Part shown: piece by piece, positions 1 to 12,784 of the stretch | How the letters are laid out: each line of letters begins with the position of its first letter | How positions within the stretch are numbered: the stretch's first letter is position 1 | Origin: Eledone cirrhosa | Taxonomy: Eukaryota | NCBI GenBank assembly: GCA_964016885.1 | Contig: OZ024752.1 | Span: 38,688,001-38,752,000, forward strand | Direction of reading: 5' to 3' | Length of the DNA stretch: 64,000 bases | Translations under genes and position numbers: made by a program | Notes under the pieces: generated by a model | Seen by the model: only the letters and a program-made list of their open reading frames with translations | Databases searched by the model: none | Told to the model about the DNA's origin: nothing

Positions 1-2532
1 GCAGGGATGTCATCCGAGGGCCAAGAATGCTGGAAGTCTCCACGAACCTATCATATGAGCAGGGATGTCATCCAAGGGCCAAGAATGCCAGACATCTCCA
101 CGAACCTATCATATGAGCAGGGATGTCATCCGAGGGCCAAGAATGCCGGAAGTCTCCACGAACCTATCATATGAGCAGGGATGTCATCCGAGGGCCAAGA
201 ATGCCGGAAGTCTCCACGAACCTATCATATGAGCAGGGATGTCATCCGAGGGCCAAGAATGCCGGAAGTCTCCAAGAACCTATCATATGAGCAGGGATGT
301 CATCCGAGGGCCAAGAATGCTGGAAGTCTCCACGAACCTATCATATGAGCAGGGATGTCATCCGAGGGCCAAGAATGCTGGGAGTCTCCACGGACCTATC
401 ATATGAGCAGGGATGTCATCCGAGGGCCAAGAATGCCGGAAGTCTCCACGAACCTATCATATGAGCAGGGATGTCATCCGAGGGCCAAGAATGCCGGAAG
501 TCTCCACGAACCTATCATATGAGCAGGGATGTCATCCGAGGGCCAAGAATGCCGGAAGTCTCCACGAACCTATCATATGAGCAGGGATGTCATCCGAGGG
601 CCAAGAATGCCGGAAGTCTCCACGAACCTATCATATGAGCAGGGATGTCATCCGAGGGCCAAGAATGCCGGAAGTCTCCACGAACCTATCATATGAGCAG
701 GGATGTCATCCGAGGGCCAAGAATGCCGGAAGTCTCCACGAACCTATCATATGAGCAGGGATGTCATCCGAGGGCCAAGAATGCCGGAAGTCTCCACGAA
801 CCTATCATATGAGCAGGGATGTCATCCGAGGGCCAAGAATGCCGGAAGTCTCCACGAACCTATCATATGAGCAGGGATGTCATCCGAGGGCCAAGAATGC
901 CGGAAGTCTCCACGAACCTATCATATGAGCAGGGATGTCATCCGAGGGCCAAGAATGCTGGAAGTCTCCACGAACCTATCATATGAGCAGGGATGTCATC
1001 CGAGGGCCAAGAATGCTGGACATCTCCACGAACCTATCATATGAGCAGGGATGTCATCCGAGGGCCAAGAATGCCAGACATCTCCACGAACCTATCATAT
1101 GAGCAGGGATGTCATCCGAGGGCCAAGAATGCCAGACATCTCCACGAACCTATCATATGAGCAGCGATGTCATCCGGGGGCCAAGAATGCCGGAAGTCTC
1201 CACGAACCTATCATATGAGCAGGGATGTCATCCGGGGGCCAAGAATGCTGGAAGTCTCCACGAACCTATCATATGAGCAGGGATGTCATCCGGGGGCCAA
1301 GAATGCCGGAAGTCTCCACGAACCTATCATATGAGCAGGGATGTCATCCGAGGGCCAAGAATGCCGGAAGTCTCCACGAACCTATCATATGAGCAGGGAT
1401 GTCATCCGAGGGCCAAGAATGCTGGAAGTCTCCACGAACCTATCATATGAGCAGGGATGTCATCCGAGGGCCAAGAATGCCGGAAGTCTCCACGAACCTA
1501 TCATATGAGCAGGGATGTCATCCGAGGGCCAAGAATGCCGGAAGTCTCCACGAACCTATCATATGAGCAGGGATGTCATCCGAGGGCCAAGAATGCCGGA
1601 AGTCTCCACGAACCTATCATATGAGCAGGGATGTCATCCGAGGGCCAAGAATGCCGGAAGTCTCCACGAACCTATCATATGAGCAGGGATGTCATCCGAG
1701 GGCCAAGAATGCCGGAAGTCTCCACGAACCTATCATATGAGCAGGGATGTCATCCGAGGGCCAAGAATGCCGGAAGTCTCCACGAACCTATCATATGAGC
1801 AGGGATGTCATCCGAGGGCCAAGAATGCCACACATCTCCACGAACCTATCATATGAGCAGGGATGTCATCCGAGGGCCAAGAATGCCAGACATCTCCACG
1901 AACCTAACATATGAGCAGGGATGTCATCCAGGGGCCAAGAATGCCAGACATCTCCACGAACCTATCATATGAGCAGGGATGTCATCCGAGGGCCAAGAAT
2001 GCCAGACATCTCCACGAACCTATCATATGAGCAGGGATGTCATCCGAGGGCCAAGAATGCCAGACATCTCCACGAACCTATCATATGAGCAGGGATGTCA
2101 TCCGAGGGCCAAGAATGCCAGACATCTCCATGAACCTATCATATGAGCAGGGATGTCATCCGGGGGCCAAGAATGCCGGACATATCCACGAACCTATCAT
2201 ATGAGCAGGGATGTCATCCGGGGGCCAAGAATGCCGGACATATCCACGAACCTATCATATGAGCAGGGATGTCATCCGGGGGCCAAGAATGCCGGACATA
2301 TCCACGAACCTATCATATGAGCAGGGATGTCATCCGAGGGCCAAGAATGCCGGACATCTCCATGAACCTATCATATGAGCAGGGATGTCATCCGAGGGCC
2401 AAGAATGCCGGAAGTCTCCACGAACCTATCATATGAGCAGGGATGTCATCCGAGGGCCAAGAATGCCGGAAGTCTCCACGAACCTATCATATGAGCAGGG
2501 ATGTCCTCCGAGGGCCAAGAATGCCAGACATC
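1..2532. repeat. 58-bp tandem minisatellite, about 43 copies, continuing past the window start
   Basis: Unit gcagggatgtcatccgagggccaagaatgccggaagtctccacgaacctatcatatga repeats at a 58-bp period; variant blocks (ccggaagt vs ccagacat) are clustered. Confidence 0.97.
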
Positions 2533-2666
2533 TTCACTACCACAAGCTCAAACACAAACCTATCAGAGAGTGGCTGATACTTTGACAGTTTGCCCTCTTC
2601 AGCCTGGGAGGTAGGGAAGCCTGGGCTGGTAGCTGAACGTACCAGGTTGCCACTAGAGAAGGTGTC
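2487..2666 (-). mobile_element. C-terminal fragment of a CRE-like (restriction-like endonuclease) non-LTR retrotransposon ORF
   Basis: Manual minus-strand translation DTFSSGNLVRSATSPGFPTSQAEEGKLSKYQPLSDRFVFELVVVKMSGILGPRRTSLLI* resembles the DT...AE..K..KY..L...F.F.P.AVET.G..G motif of the RLE C-terminus (family knowledge, not searched). Confidence 0.65.
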
Positions 2667-3309
2667 ATGACATGCATTCTTTTCTTTCTTTTATATTTTC
2701 ATGCAGAGAGTGAAGGGGCAGAGGTATAGGGTTCTTTTTAATTATTTAATCTGGATGAATAAGATGTGTCCCGTACCCTTTACAGACCTTCAAAAATTGG
2801 TAATATAATGATACTATGGAACATGGATAAATATTCAGACAGAAGGATACTGTTTAATTGACAATCTACAGAAATAAAAGAAAAAAGACAAAAAATAAAA
2901 ATAAAACAATAGAGATGTGAATTATAAGCAAAGATAAATAATGTGTCTAGACAAGCAGACAGACGAACAAACCAAATTTTTGGTTTGTTTGTAGTATTTT
3001 TAATAAAATGACTTAGAAACTGAGACATAATAAGTGTGTGGTAGCATGGAAACTATCACAATATCACAATTCCTATAGTAACAGGAGATATTGGAATAAT
3101 GGAAAAGAATATGGATGAAAAAATATGGAAAACTTTTTGCATAAAATCCCTGTCCATGATAGAGAAAAATAATAAGTTGTTGAGAGAAAAATAATAAGTT
3201 GTTGAATGAGAGAAACAATAAGATGTTAAGTGAGAGAAACAATAAGATCTTGAGTGAGAAAAACAATAAGATGTTGAGCGAGAGAACAATAAGATGTTGA
3301 GTAGGAAAA

Positions 3310-3485
3310 ATAATTGTTTCTACTTTTGGCACAAGGTAAGCAATTATCCCAGTGTATTACTGGTACTTTATTTTATCGACCCCGTAAGGATGAAAGGCAA
3401 AGTTAACCTTGGTGGGATTTGAATTCAGATCATAAAGGGCCGTAACACTTTGCTAAAAAGCATGGCGTCTGACCCTCTGCCGATA
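3310..3485 (-). mobile_element. tRNA-derived SINE, family A
   Basis: Reverse complement of the core gttcaaatcc...aactttgcctttcatccttacggggtcgataaaataaagtaccagtaa, which recurs about 20 times in the window and includes a B-box. Confidence 0.8.
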
Positions 3486-3547
3486 TAATGAAGACAAACA
3501 AAAAAATAGTTATTATATACAACCAATAACTAATATATAGCTACCTT

Positions 3548-3980
3548 ACACACATATCTGTACAAACATACATATATATTTATACACATACATACACACA
3601 CACCTGCACACATACACATCAGCACACACTAATATCTTCATGCACAGATACACACACACACTCACATCTGCACACATACAACTACACATACACACACTCA
3701 CATCTGCACATACACAACTGTACACACACAACTGCACACACACGCACACATCTGCAATATTTATACACATACATACACATATATACACACACACACACAC
3801 ACCTGCACACATACACATCAGCACACACTAATATCTGCATGCACACATACACACACACACACTCACATCTGCACACATACAACTACACATACACACACTC
3901 ACATCTGCACATACACAACTGTACACACACACAACTGCACACACACACAACTGCACACACACACATCTGCACACACAAAC
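3548..3980. repeat. Degenerate (CA)n-rich repeat
   Basis: cacacat/ctgcacaca units, seen directly. Confidence 0.85.
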
Positions 3981-4152
3981 ACAAAACAAATCCACAAGGT
4001 TGCTTTGTCATCACCTAAAATTGACATACTAATCTACAAGCCAAATTGTAGGTAATCCATCTAGGAGAACTGTGACTCTAAAATAGAATTTGTGAAGAGT
4101 AAAAGAGACTTATTTTGTAAGAAAAACCCTTATGTTGTTTTCGCACAATAAA

Positions 4153-4321
4153 TACCATATTTCCTGGCGCCAAAGACATTTCGTCCTCGAGGACGCACCC
4201 TAATTTTGACAACCAAAAATTTTGAAAAAAATAAACAACCTTCGGCCTCCAAGACGCATGGTAGATTTTTGAGACTTACTTTAGGAAAGAAGTAGCGTCT
4301 TCGACGCCGGGAAATACGGTA
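4153..4321. mobile_element. MITE, Tc1/mariner-pogo type
   Basis: Terminal inverted repeats taccatatttcctggcgc...gacgccgggaaatacggta with TA ends; no ORF. Confidence 0.7.
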
Positions 4322-4336
4322 CATCCGAAAGAATAC

Positions 4337-4580
4337 AATCGCAAATAGAAGCAGCCAAAATAGAGTTCCTCCGATAGAGTGCGTAGCTTGGAGATCAGAG
4401 AGTCATTCCAGGTAGAGCCGCTACTTCTCCAAATTGAGAGATCACAGTTCCGATACTATGGGCGTGTAATTAGAATGTCTCAGGAAAGAATCACTGGACA
4501 GATTCTACAGGCAAAACTATCTGGTTGGAGACCCAGGGGTAGACCTCAAGCAAGATGGTTGGATAACATCCATGAGCTTG
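4337..4580 (+). mobile_element. Degenerate 3' fragment of an RTE-clade LINE
   Basis: EPLLLQIERSQFRYYGRVIRM...RPRGRPQARWLD is the typical RTE C-terminal LRW.GHV.RM...RPRGRP motif. Confidence 0.7.
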
Positions 4581-5704
4581 GTTGGTTGTCAAGCTCATGG
4601 ATGTTATCAAACCAAGATAGAAGAAGAAGAAATACATCCAGTCTATTTTGCTAATTGTTGACAATAAGGACAGCATCTAGTAATAAAACACCAGATAATT
4701 AATCACAAAGTAAAGTAGATTGGACTATAACTGTAACTGTGTGTTTATATAGGAGTGAGATATGACATATTATTGGTGGTGTTAGATTTAAGAATCATTC
4801 AGCTGTTACAATCAAGCAATCAATCCCAACATGTTCATCATCACTACTAACATCAGTAACAACTTTCCTCGGTTAGAAGAAGCTTCTATGTGGTCACTCA
4901 AGCTACAAGAAATAACAGTACAATTTCCCACAAACCACATCATATTGTCTTAAAAGAGGAAGAACACATTGGATAATGTTGTTCTTAATGTAAACTTCCT
5001 GAAAAATACAAGATGACCACAGCTTAAACATCTTTAACCTTTTAATGTTCCAACTGGCCAAAACCGGCCAAAATTCTCTACCTCTTTCTGTTGAAACTGG
5101 CTGTAACTGATCACTCAAACTGATGTTAAGGTATTGTTTTCAAAATAAATACTTTCAAAATCTCATAGATTCGATAATATGTGAGATATTATGTGAGGTA
5201 AAGCCTTTACCATGAAAATATAATAGTATATATAGAGTAATGTTAATGCTGGGTGTATCTGGCCAGAATTCTCTCACCTCTTTCTGTTCAAACCAGCCAT
5301 AACCAGCTGCTCATACTGACATTAAGGTATTGTTTTCAAACTAAATAATATCCAAATCTTATAGATTCGATATTATATGAGATAATTATGTGAGGTAAAG
5401 ACTTTACTGTGAAAATACAATAATAAATATAGAGTAATTGTTTCTACTTTAGGCACAAGGCCAGCAATTACCCAGTGCATTACTGAGTAATGTAAATGGT
5501 AAAGGGTTAAAAGAGGAAGAACACATTGGATAAAAAATTGATATAAGCCTTCTGAAAAAGACAAGATGACCTCAGCGTGGACATCTTTAATCATAGATCT
5601 GCTCAGTCAGGGCCAACAGTAGTTTTGTTTTTGTTTGTTAGACACTTAATTCCAATATCAATGTCAGTTCTGTGTGATGGTTGAAATTCTGCTTGAACAT
5701 GATC

Positions 5705-6045
5705 GTTGGCTGAAAAGTTCGTAGTGAGCCTATGAAGGAGTGATGCTAGAGCTGTGACATCTTGCATGCATTAATTTCAACACTTCTTATTAATAATAAC
5801 TGCATTGTTTCTTTCCAGGGACTATGTTGAAAAACAAACCTCGTTTGGTCATTCTATGAGAGTATCTTGGTCAGCCTTTGAAAGAGTGATGCTAGAGCTG
5901 TGAAATCGTGCATACATTAATTTCAACACTCCTTATTAATAACTGAATTGTTTCTCTCTGGGGACCATGTTGAAAAATAAACCCTCATTTGGTCATTCTA
6001 TGAGAGTATCTTGGTCAACCTATGACCTTTTCAACAGATCCTTGT
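5705..6045. mobile_element. Mariner-like MITE with an internal tandem duplication
   Basis: Shares ggctgaaaagttc and gagtgatgctagagctgtga...gcattaatttca with 31598-31797 and about 46897-47015; a block of about 150 bp is duplicated. Confidence 0.55.
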
Positions 6046-6469
6046 ATAAAGGAATATATATTTTTTACCAGACCTTTTGGTAGAATAATATAATAAGAAT
6101 GACACATCATCTGGTTTGAGGATACTGATTAAAATAGGACAGAACATAAAAGATCTTAATTTACATCAATTAAGGAAAAAGTTTCATAAGTATGTTTGTG
6201 TGTTTGTACAAGGATGCTTTTTGTATTTTACAAAGTCAATTACGTAGATGTGTTGTAGAGATGTACATGCATCTTATCTTGTTTTGTTTTGTAAAAGTCA
6301 ATGAAATACAATATTGTCAAATCAAATGTGTGCAACAAGTAAATAAAAAGGCCATGGTGAATTGTGATGGCAGAGGTGGTGGCGCTGGTGATGATGATGA
6401 CGATGATGTTGATAATGATTATGGTGGTGGTGATGATGATAGCATTGATGGTGATATATATATATATAC

Positions 6470-6727
6470 AGTCATTGTTGACGAAGAAGGGTTTCTCCCT
6501 GCGTACGAAAGGCCGGTTGTATGATGCCTGTGTGACGAGCGCGATGCTGCATGGTAGTGAGACATGGGCAGCAACTGCAGAGGATATGCGACGGCTGGAG
6601 AGAAATGAGGCAAGCATGCTCCGTTGGATGTGCAGTGTAAATGTGCGTGAACGACCCAGCATAAATGTGTTGAGAGAGAAACCGTGTCTGAGAGGGATAG
6701 AATGTAGAGTACGGGAGAGGAGACTGA
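6470..6727 (+). mobile_element. RTE LINE internal fragment, near-identical to the full-length copy
   Basis: LLTKKGFSLRTKGRLYDACVTSAMLHGSETWAATAEDMRRLERNEASMLRWMC matches the 53687-56755 ORF. Confidence 0.92.
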
Positions 6728-9700
6728 CCCCTTCATACCATATATGACAGTGGGACTCCACCTTCTTACCATATATGACTGTAAGACTCCCCCTTCATAC
6801 CATATATGACTGTGGGACTCACCCCCTTCATACCATATATGACTGTGGGACTCACCCCCTTCATACCATATATGACTGTGGGACTCACCCCCTTCATACC
6901 ATATATGACTGTGGGACTCCCCCCTTCATACCATATATGACAGTGGGACTCACCCCTTCATACCATATATGACTGTGGGACTCCCCCCTTCATACCATAT
7001 ATGACAGTGGGACTCACCCCTTCATACCATATATGACTGTGGGACTCACCCCCTTCATACCATATATGACTGTGGGACTCACCCCCTTCATACCATATAT
7101 GACTGTGGGACTCCCCCCTTCATACCATATATGACAGTGGGACTCTCTCTTCATACCATATATGACTGTGGGACTCACCCCTTCATACCATATATGACTG
7201 TGGGACACCACCCTTCATACCATATATGACAGTGGGACTCACCCCCTTCATACCATATATGACAGTGGGACTCACCCCTTCATACCATATATGACTGTGA
7301 GACTCCCCCCTTCATACCATATATGACAGTGGGACTCCCCCTTCATACCATATATGAATGTGGGACACCACCCTTCATACCATATATGACAGTGGGACTC
7401 ACCCCCTTCATACCATATATGACTGTGAGACTCCCCCCTTCATACCATATATGACTGTGGGACTCACCCCTTCATACCATATATGACTGTGAGACTCCCC
7501 CCTTCATACCATATATGAATGTGGGACACCACCCTTCATACCATATATGACAGTGGGACTCACCCCCTTCATACCATATATGACTGTGGGACTCACCCCT
7601 TCATACCATATATGACAGTGGGACTCCCCCTTCATACCATATATGACTGTGGGACTCCCCCCTTCATACCATATATGACTGTGGGACTCCCCCTTCATAC
7701 CATATATGACTGTAGGACTCCCCCCTTCATACCATATATGACTGTGGGACTCCCCCTTCATACCATATATGACTGTGGGACTCACCCCCTTCATACCATA
7801 TATGACTGTGGGACTCACCCCCTTCATACCATATATGACTGTGGGACTCCCCCCCTCATACCATATATGACAGTGGGACTCACCCCTTCATACCATATAT
7901 GACTGTGGGACTCCCCCTTCATACCATATATGACTGTGGGACTCACCCCTTCATACCATATATGACTGTGGGACTCACCCCTTCATACCATATATGACTG
8001 TGGGACTCACCCCCTTCATACCATATATGACTGTGGGACTCCCCCCTTCATACCATATATGACTGTGAGACTCCCCCCCTTCATACCATATATGACTGTG
8101 GGACTCACCCCCTTCATACCATATATGACTGTGGGACTCACCCCCTTCATACCATATATGACTGTGGGACTCACCCCCTTCATACCATATATGACAGTGG
8201 GACTCACCCCTTCATACCATATATGACTGTGGGACTCACCCCTTCATACCATATATGACTGTGGGACTCACCCCTTCATACCATATATGAATGTGGGACT
8301 CCCCCTTCATACCATATATGACTGTGGGACTCCCCCCTTCATACCATATATGAATGTGGGACTCCCCCTTCATACCATATATGAATGTGAGACTCCCCCC
8401 TTCATACCATATATGACAGTGGGACTCCCCCTTCATACCATATATGACTGTGAGACTCCCCCTTCATACCATATATGACTGAGACTCCACCCCTTCATAC
8501 CATATATGACAGTGGGACTCTCTCTTCATACCATATATGACTGTGGGACTCCCGCTTCATACCATATATGACTGAGACTCCACCCCTTCATACCATATAT
8601 GACAGTGGGACTCTCTCTTCATACCATATATGACAGTGGGACTCCCCTTTCATACCATATATGACTGTGAGACTCCCCCTTCATACCATATATGACTGAG
8701 ACTCCACCCCTTCATACCATATATGACAGTGGGACTCCCCCTTCATACCATATATGACTGTGGGACTCCCCCCTTCATACCATATATGACTGTGAGACTC
8801 CCCCCCTTCATACCATATATGACTGTGGGACTCACCCCCTTCATACCATATATGACTGTGGGACTCACCCCCTTCATACCATATATGACTGTGGGACTCA
8901 CCCCCTTCATACCATATATGACAGTGGGACTCACCCCTTCATACCATATATGACTGTGGGACTCACCCCTTCATACCATATATGACTGTGGGACTCACCC
9001 CTTCATACCATATATGAATGTGGGACTCCCCCTTCATACCATATATGACTGTGGGACTCCCCCCTTCATACCATATATGAATGTGGGACTCCCCCTTCAT
9101 ACCATATATGAATGTGAGACTCCCCCCTTCATACCATATATGACAGTGGGACTCCCCCTTCATACCATATATGACTGTGAGACTCCCCCTTCATACCATA
9201 TATGACTGAGACTCCACCCCTTCATACCATATATGACAGTGGGACTCTCTCTTCATACCATATATGACTGTGGGACTCCCGCTTCATACCATATATGACT
9301 GAGACTCCACCCCTTCATACCATATATGACAGTGGGACTCTCTCTTCATACCATATATGACAGTGGGACTCCCCTTTCATACCATATATGACTGTGAGAC
9401 TCCCCCTTCATACCATATATGACTGAGACTCCACCCCTTCATACCATATATGACAGTGGGACTCCCCCTTCATACCATATATGACTGTGGGACTCCCGCT
9501 TCATACCATATATGACTGAGACTCCACTCTCTCATACCATATATAACTGAGAGACTCCCCCTTCATACCATATATGACTGTGGGACTCCACCCCTTCATA
9601 CCATATATGACTGTGGGACTCCACCCCTTCATACCATATATGACTGTGGGACTCCCCCTTCATACCATATATGAATGTGAGACTCCCCCCTTCATACCAT

Positions 9701-9890
9701 ATATGAATGTGAGACTCCCCCCTTCATACCATATATGACAGTGGGACTCCCCCTTCATACCATATATGACAGTGGGACTCCCCCCTTCATACCATATATG
9801 ACTGTGGGACTCCACCCCTTCATACCATATATGAATGTGGGACTCCACCCCTTCATATACTATATGGATGTACAACTCCCCCTTCATATC
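6725..9890. repeat. Minisatellite of about 31-33 bp (gactgtgggactcacccccttcataccatatat), roughly 95-100 copies
   Basis: Direct tandem periodicity with C-run length variation; contains a 727-bp higher-order duplication. Confidence 0.97.
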
Positions 9891-10335
9891 AATATGGGGC
9901 ATGTACAAGTAATTATGAGGATGGATGCAAACACACAGAGACCAAACCAGCATGCTTGCACAATACAGCAAAATTGCATGCTCGAATCTAGCTATATGCA
10001 CACAGGATGCAGATCACACATAAGGTGTGCATGCCAATATGCTCATGTACATTCAGATGCAATACAAAGGCATATATGCAGGTGGATGGTTGTATGCTGC
10101 ACTCACACCCAACAAATGGAGTTCCCATGCATGCTCATATCAGTGCATATTGAAACAAAAATGCCTTCTTGTTAGTATCATCAGTAGAGTATCAGACACC
10201 ATGCTTTGCAGCATAGAGTTATGGCCCTTTGCGTTCTGAGTTAAAATCCTGCCGAGGTTAACTTTGCCTTTCATCCTTAAGGGTTCGATTTCATCCTTCG
10301 TCTCGATTCTACGAAAATCTGCTTCGTAGAATCGA

Positions 10336-10430
10336 GACGTATCTGAGGACCACGCGATTTCAGAGTCAGGTTTGATCACCACATCGATCATGCCTTGAGC
10401 TGGTCGCCCAAGAAACAATTGTAATATGTC
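10336..10430 (+). ncRNA. Type I hammerhead ribozyme motif, long stem II with a degenerate base
   Basis: Stem I gacgtat/atatgtc, core CTGAGGA, GAAA, palindromic stem III caattg, cleavage triplet GTA. Confidence 0.7.
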
Positions 10431-10491
10431 CAATAAATTCCCTTTGTCGCAACACTGATTCTCTTTTTTATGTGATATATATATATATATA

Positions 10492-10681
10492 ACGAAGGTG
10501 CAGTAAGTAACCAGATGGACCATAACGCACCAGAGTACTCAATACTTAGGGTAGTATAGTAGAGTGGGTAATAGGAAAATGTTTAACGCCGACAGCAGGG
10601 CTCAAGCCATTTCGACTGCTATTTCCAGAAATAGCCGTCGAAACGGCTTGAGCTCTGCCGTCGGGGTTAAACATTTTCTTA
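10492..10681. mobile_element. Fold-back element carrying hammerhead 3' halves (same family as 53463-53650)
   Basis: Inverted arms at about 10572-10681 contain GAAA-cggc...gccg-TC-gggg; (TA)n on both sides. Confidence 0.6.
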
Positions 10682-10689
10682 TATATATG

Positions 10690-10972
10690 TGCAGGAGAGA
10701 AGGTTGCGATGGTACGGACATGTGATGCGCTTGGAGGATGACTGATGGGTGAAGAAGTGCCAGGAAGTGCCAGTGGAGGGAAGATGCAGTAGAGGTAGAC
10801 CACGAAAAACATGGGCGGAGGTGGTGAGAATAGCAGACCTCAGATTGCTGAAACTCACCGAGGAGAGGACAAAGGACCGTGACAAGTGGAGAGATGCTGT
10901 GCTGAATAGGACCCATCCAACCCTTGAAAGCAGGGAAAAGCGGACATAAAATGATGATGATGATGATTATGA
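10690..10972 (+). mobile_element. RTE LINE 3' end with (ATG)n tail
   Basis: KKCQEVPVEGRCSRGRPRKTWAEVVR...REKRT* followed by atgatgatg. Confidence 0.9.
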
Positions 10973-11063
10973 TAAGACACTCAAAGGAAAAACATACACA
11001 TTTTTTAGTCCGCTCCCTTCCACCCAAAATTGCCTTAGAAATGTTACCTTTTAATCAATTTTT

Positions 11064-11114
11064 GCTGCCTGAAGAAATCACGATATCTATCGTCATGGAA
11101 ATATATATAACGGC
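11064..11114 (+). ncRNA. Type I hammerhead ribozyme motif, partly degenerate
   Basis: gctgc-CTGAAGA-aatcacgata/tatcgtcatg-GAAA-tatata-TA-acggc; mismatches at the first pairs of stems I and II. Confidence 0.6.
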
Positions 11115-11241
11115 TCAATTGATAAAGGACCCTAACGCCTTCAAACTTGCATCTTCCTCTTTATTAATATACTCCGCCATCCTTGTTTTTGAGAAGTAAT
11201 ATGACATTGAGTGCTAGAAATGAATTGCATCTTTGTATACC

Positions 11242-11283
<42 letters not shown>

Positions 11284-11448
11284 CATCTTTGTATACCGAA
11301 TATATATATATATATATATATGTAAAAGTTCTATTTAAATTGGGATACAACAACCAAATATTTTTATAACTGATATAAAGCACTCAACAAATATTTGGAG
11401 TAAAAATACGATATTAACAAATGGAAACTATATTTATAAAACCATATT

Positions 11449-11513
11449 TATTTCATTATACATATTTCAAGGACACCAAGTTAAATTATGGTGTGCTTTC
11501 ATCAGATAAAATA
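11449..11513 (-). ncRNA. Type I hammerhead ribozyme motif, intact core
   Basis: Exact reverse complement of 11585-11649. Confidence 0.8.
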
Positions 11514-11584
11514 TAATATAGATCAGTAATGGTTGCATTCTTTAAGAGTATGTCAATATTTATTGATAAAACTGATCTATATTA

Positions 11585-11649
11585 TATTTTATCTGATGAA
11601 AGCACACCATAATTTAACTTGGTGTCCTTGAAATATGTATAATGAAATA
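11585..11649 (+). ncRNA. Type I hammerhead ribozyme motif, intact core
   Basis: tattttat-CTGATGA-aagcacacca/tggtgtcctt-GAAA-tatgta-TA-atgaaata: 8-bp stem I, stem II with one C-C mismatch, minimal stem III. Confidence 0.8.
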
Positions 11650-11685
11650 AATATGGTTTTATAAATATAGTTTCCATTTGTTAAT

Positions 11686-11745
<60 letters not shown>

Positions 11746-12285
11746 GTGTGTGTGTGTGTGTGTCCCATGGGTGATGCTGTCTCGAGAGATTTATATGCCC
11801 TATTTATACTTGTTTGACTATATTCATAGTGAAAATAACAAGCATTGTAGGCATTAACTTACTTTACTCTAAAGTTGACTTAACTGCCAAAGATTCTTTA
11901 CTCACACTGCATTTCTAAAATCACATTATGTATCTATTGTTTACATGTAGTCCAGTACAACCCGTTATATGCTTGGGTCTTCAGTGACTAAACCAGTAAC
12001 CACGCCAGGCTTACTTGGTGAGAAGGAGGGTAATTTTTGACACCCTGTGATACTTACCAACAAGAATGCTTTTTTTTTTTCTATTAGGACATTCAGGAGA
12101 AGACAACTAAATATATATTTGGTATATTTTGTGTTAGTTCATCAACCGACAGTATATCAAGGAGAGAGCAATGACGAAGTTTACATGTAGGTCTATATAT
12201 ATTCCAGAGTTTGTAATCAATAAAATGGGGTAAATTCTAACCCACTGGCTTCAACTTCATTGTTATATATATATATATATATATA

Positions 12286-12729
12286 TGATATTAAATAAAT
12301 GGAAACTATATTTATAAAACCATATTTATTTCATCATATTTCAGGGATATCATATTAACAATATGTTATGCCTTCTTCAGACAAAATACAATATAAACAG
12401 TCTTATAAATAAATAGATACGACATACCTTTCAATCGACTTGCATTTGTGAAGTTGATTTGCCAAATCAACTTCACAAATGCAAGTCGATTGAAAGGTAT
12501 GTCGTATCTATTTATTTATAAGACTGTTTATATTGTATTTTGTCTGAAGAAGGCATAACATATTGTTAATATGATATCCCTGAAATATATATGATGAAAT
12601 AAATATGGTTTTATAAATATAGTTTCCATTTATTTAATATCATAAATATACTCCAAATACTTGTTGAGTGCTTTTATATCAGTTATAAATATTTACTCGT
12701 TGTTAACCCAACAATTTAAATATAACTTT

Positions 12730-12732
<3 letters not shown>
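12286..12732. mobile_element. Fold-back Penelope-like element: near-perfect palindrome of about 360 bp with a probably inactive hammerhead at 12536-12601 (+)
   Basis: Palindrome 12286-12644 centred near 12462; CTGAAGA...GAAA-tatata-TG has G at the cleavage position; (TA)n flanks. Confidence 0.75.
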
Positions 12733-12782
<50 letters not shown>

Positions 12783-12784
12783 TA

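Larger units (their letters stand above)
11324..11690. mobile_element. Fold-back Penelope-like non-autonomous element with two inverted hammerheads
   Basis: Inverted arms at about 11409-11527 and 11571-11689; (TA)n on both sides; hammerheads at 11449-11513 (-) and 11585-11649 (+). Confidence 0.75.

Noticed and set aside
1-2532. CRISPR array or ribozyme-bearing satellite
   Set aside because: The units are contiguous with no unique spacers, no cas genes are present, the context is eukaryotic, and neither strand has a CTGANGA...GAAA core.
6470-10972. One RTE copy split by the satellite (6470-6727 continuing at 10690)
   Set aside because: The two pieces overlap in the RERRL region and differ in sequence; the first is near-identical to the full-length element and the second is more diverged, so they are separate insertions.
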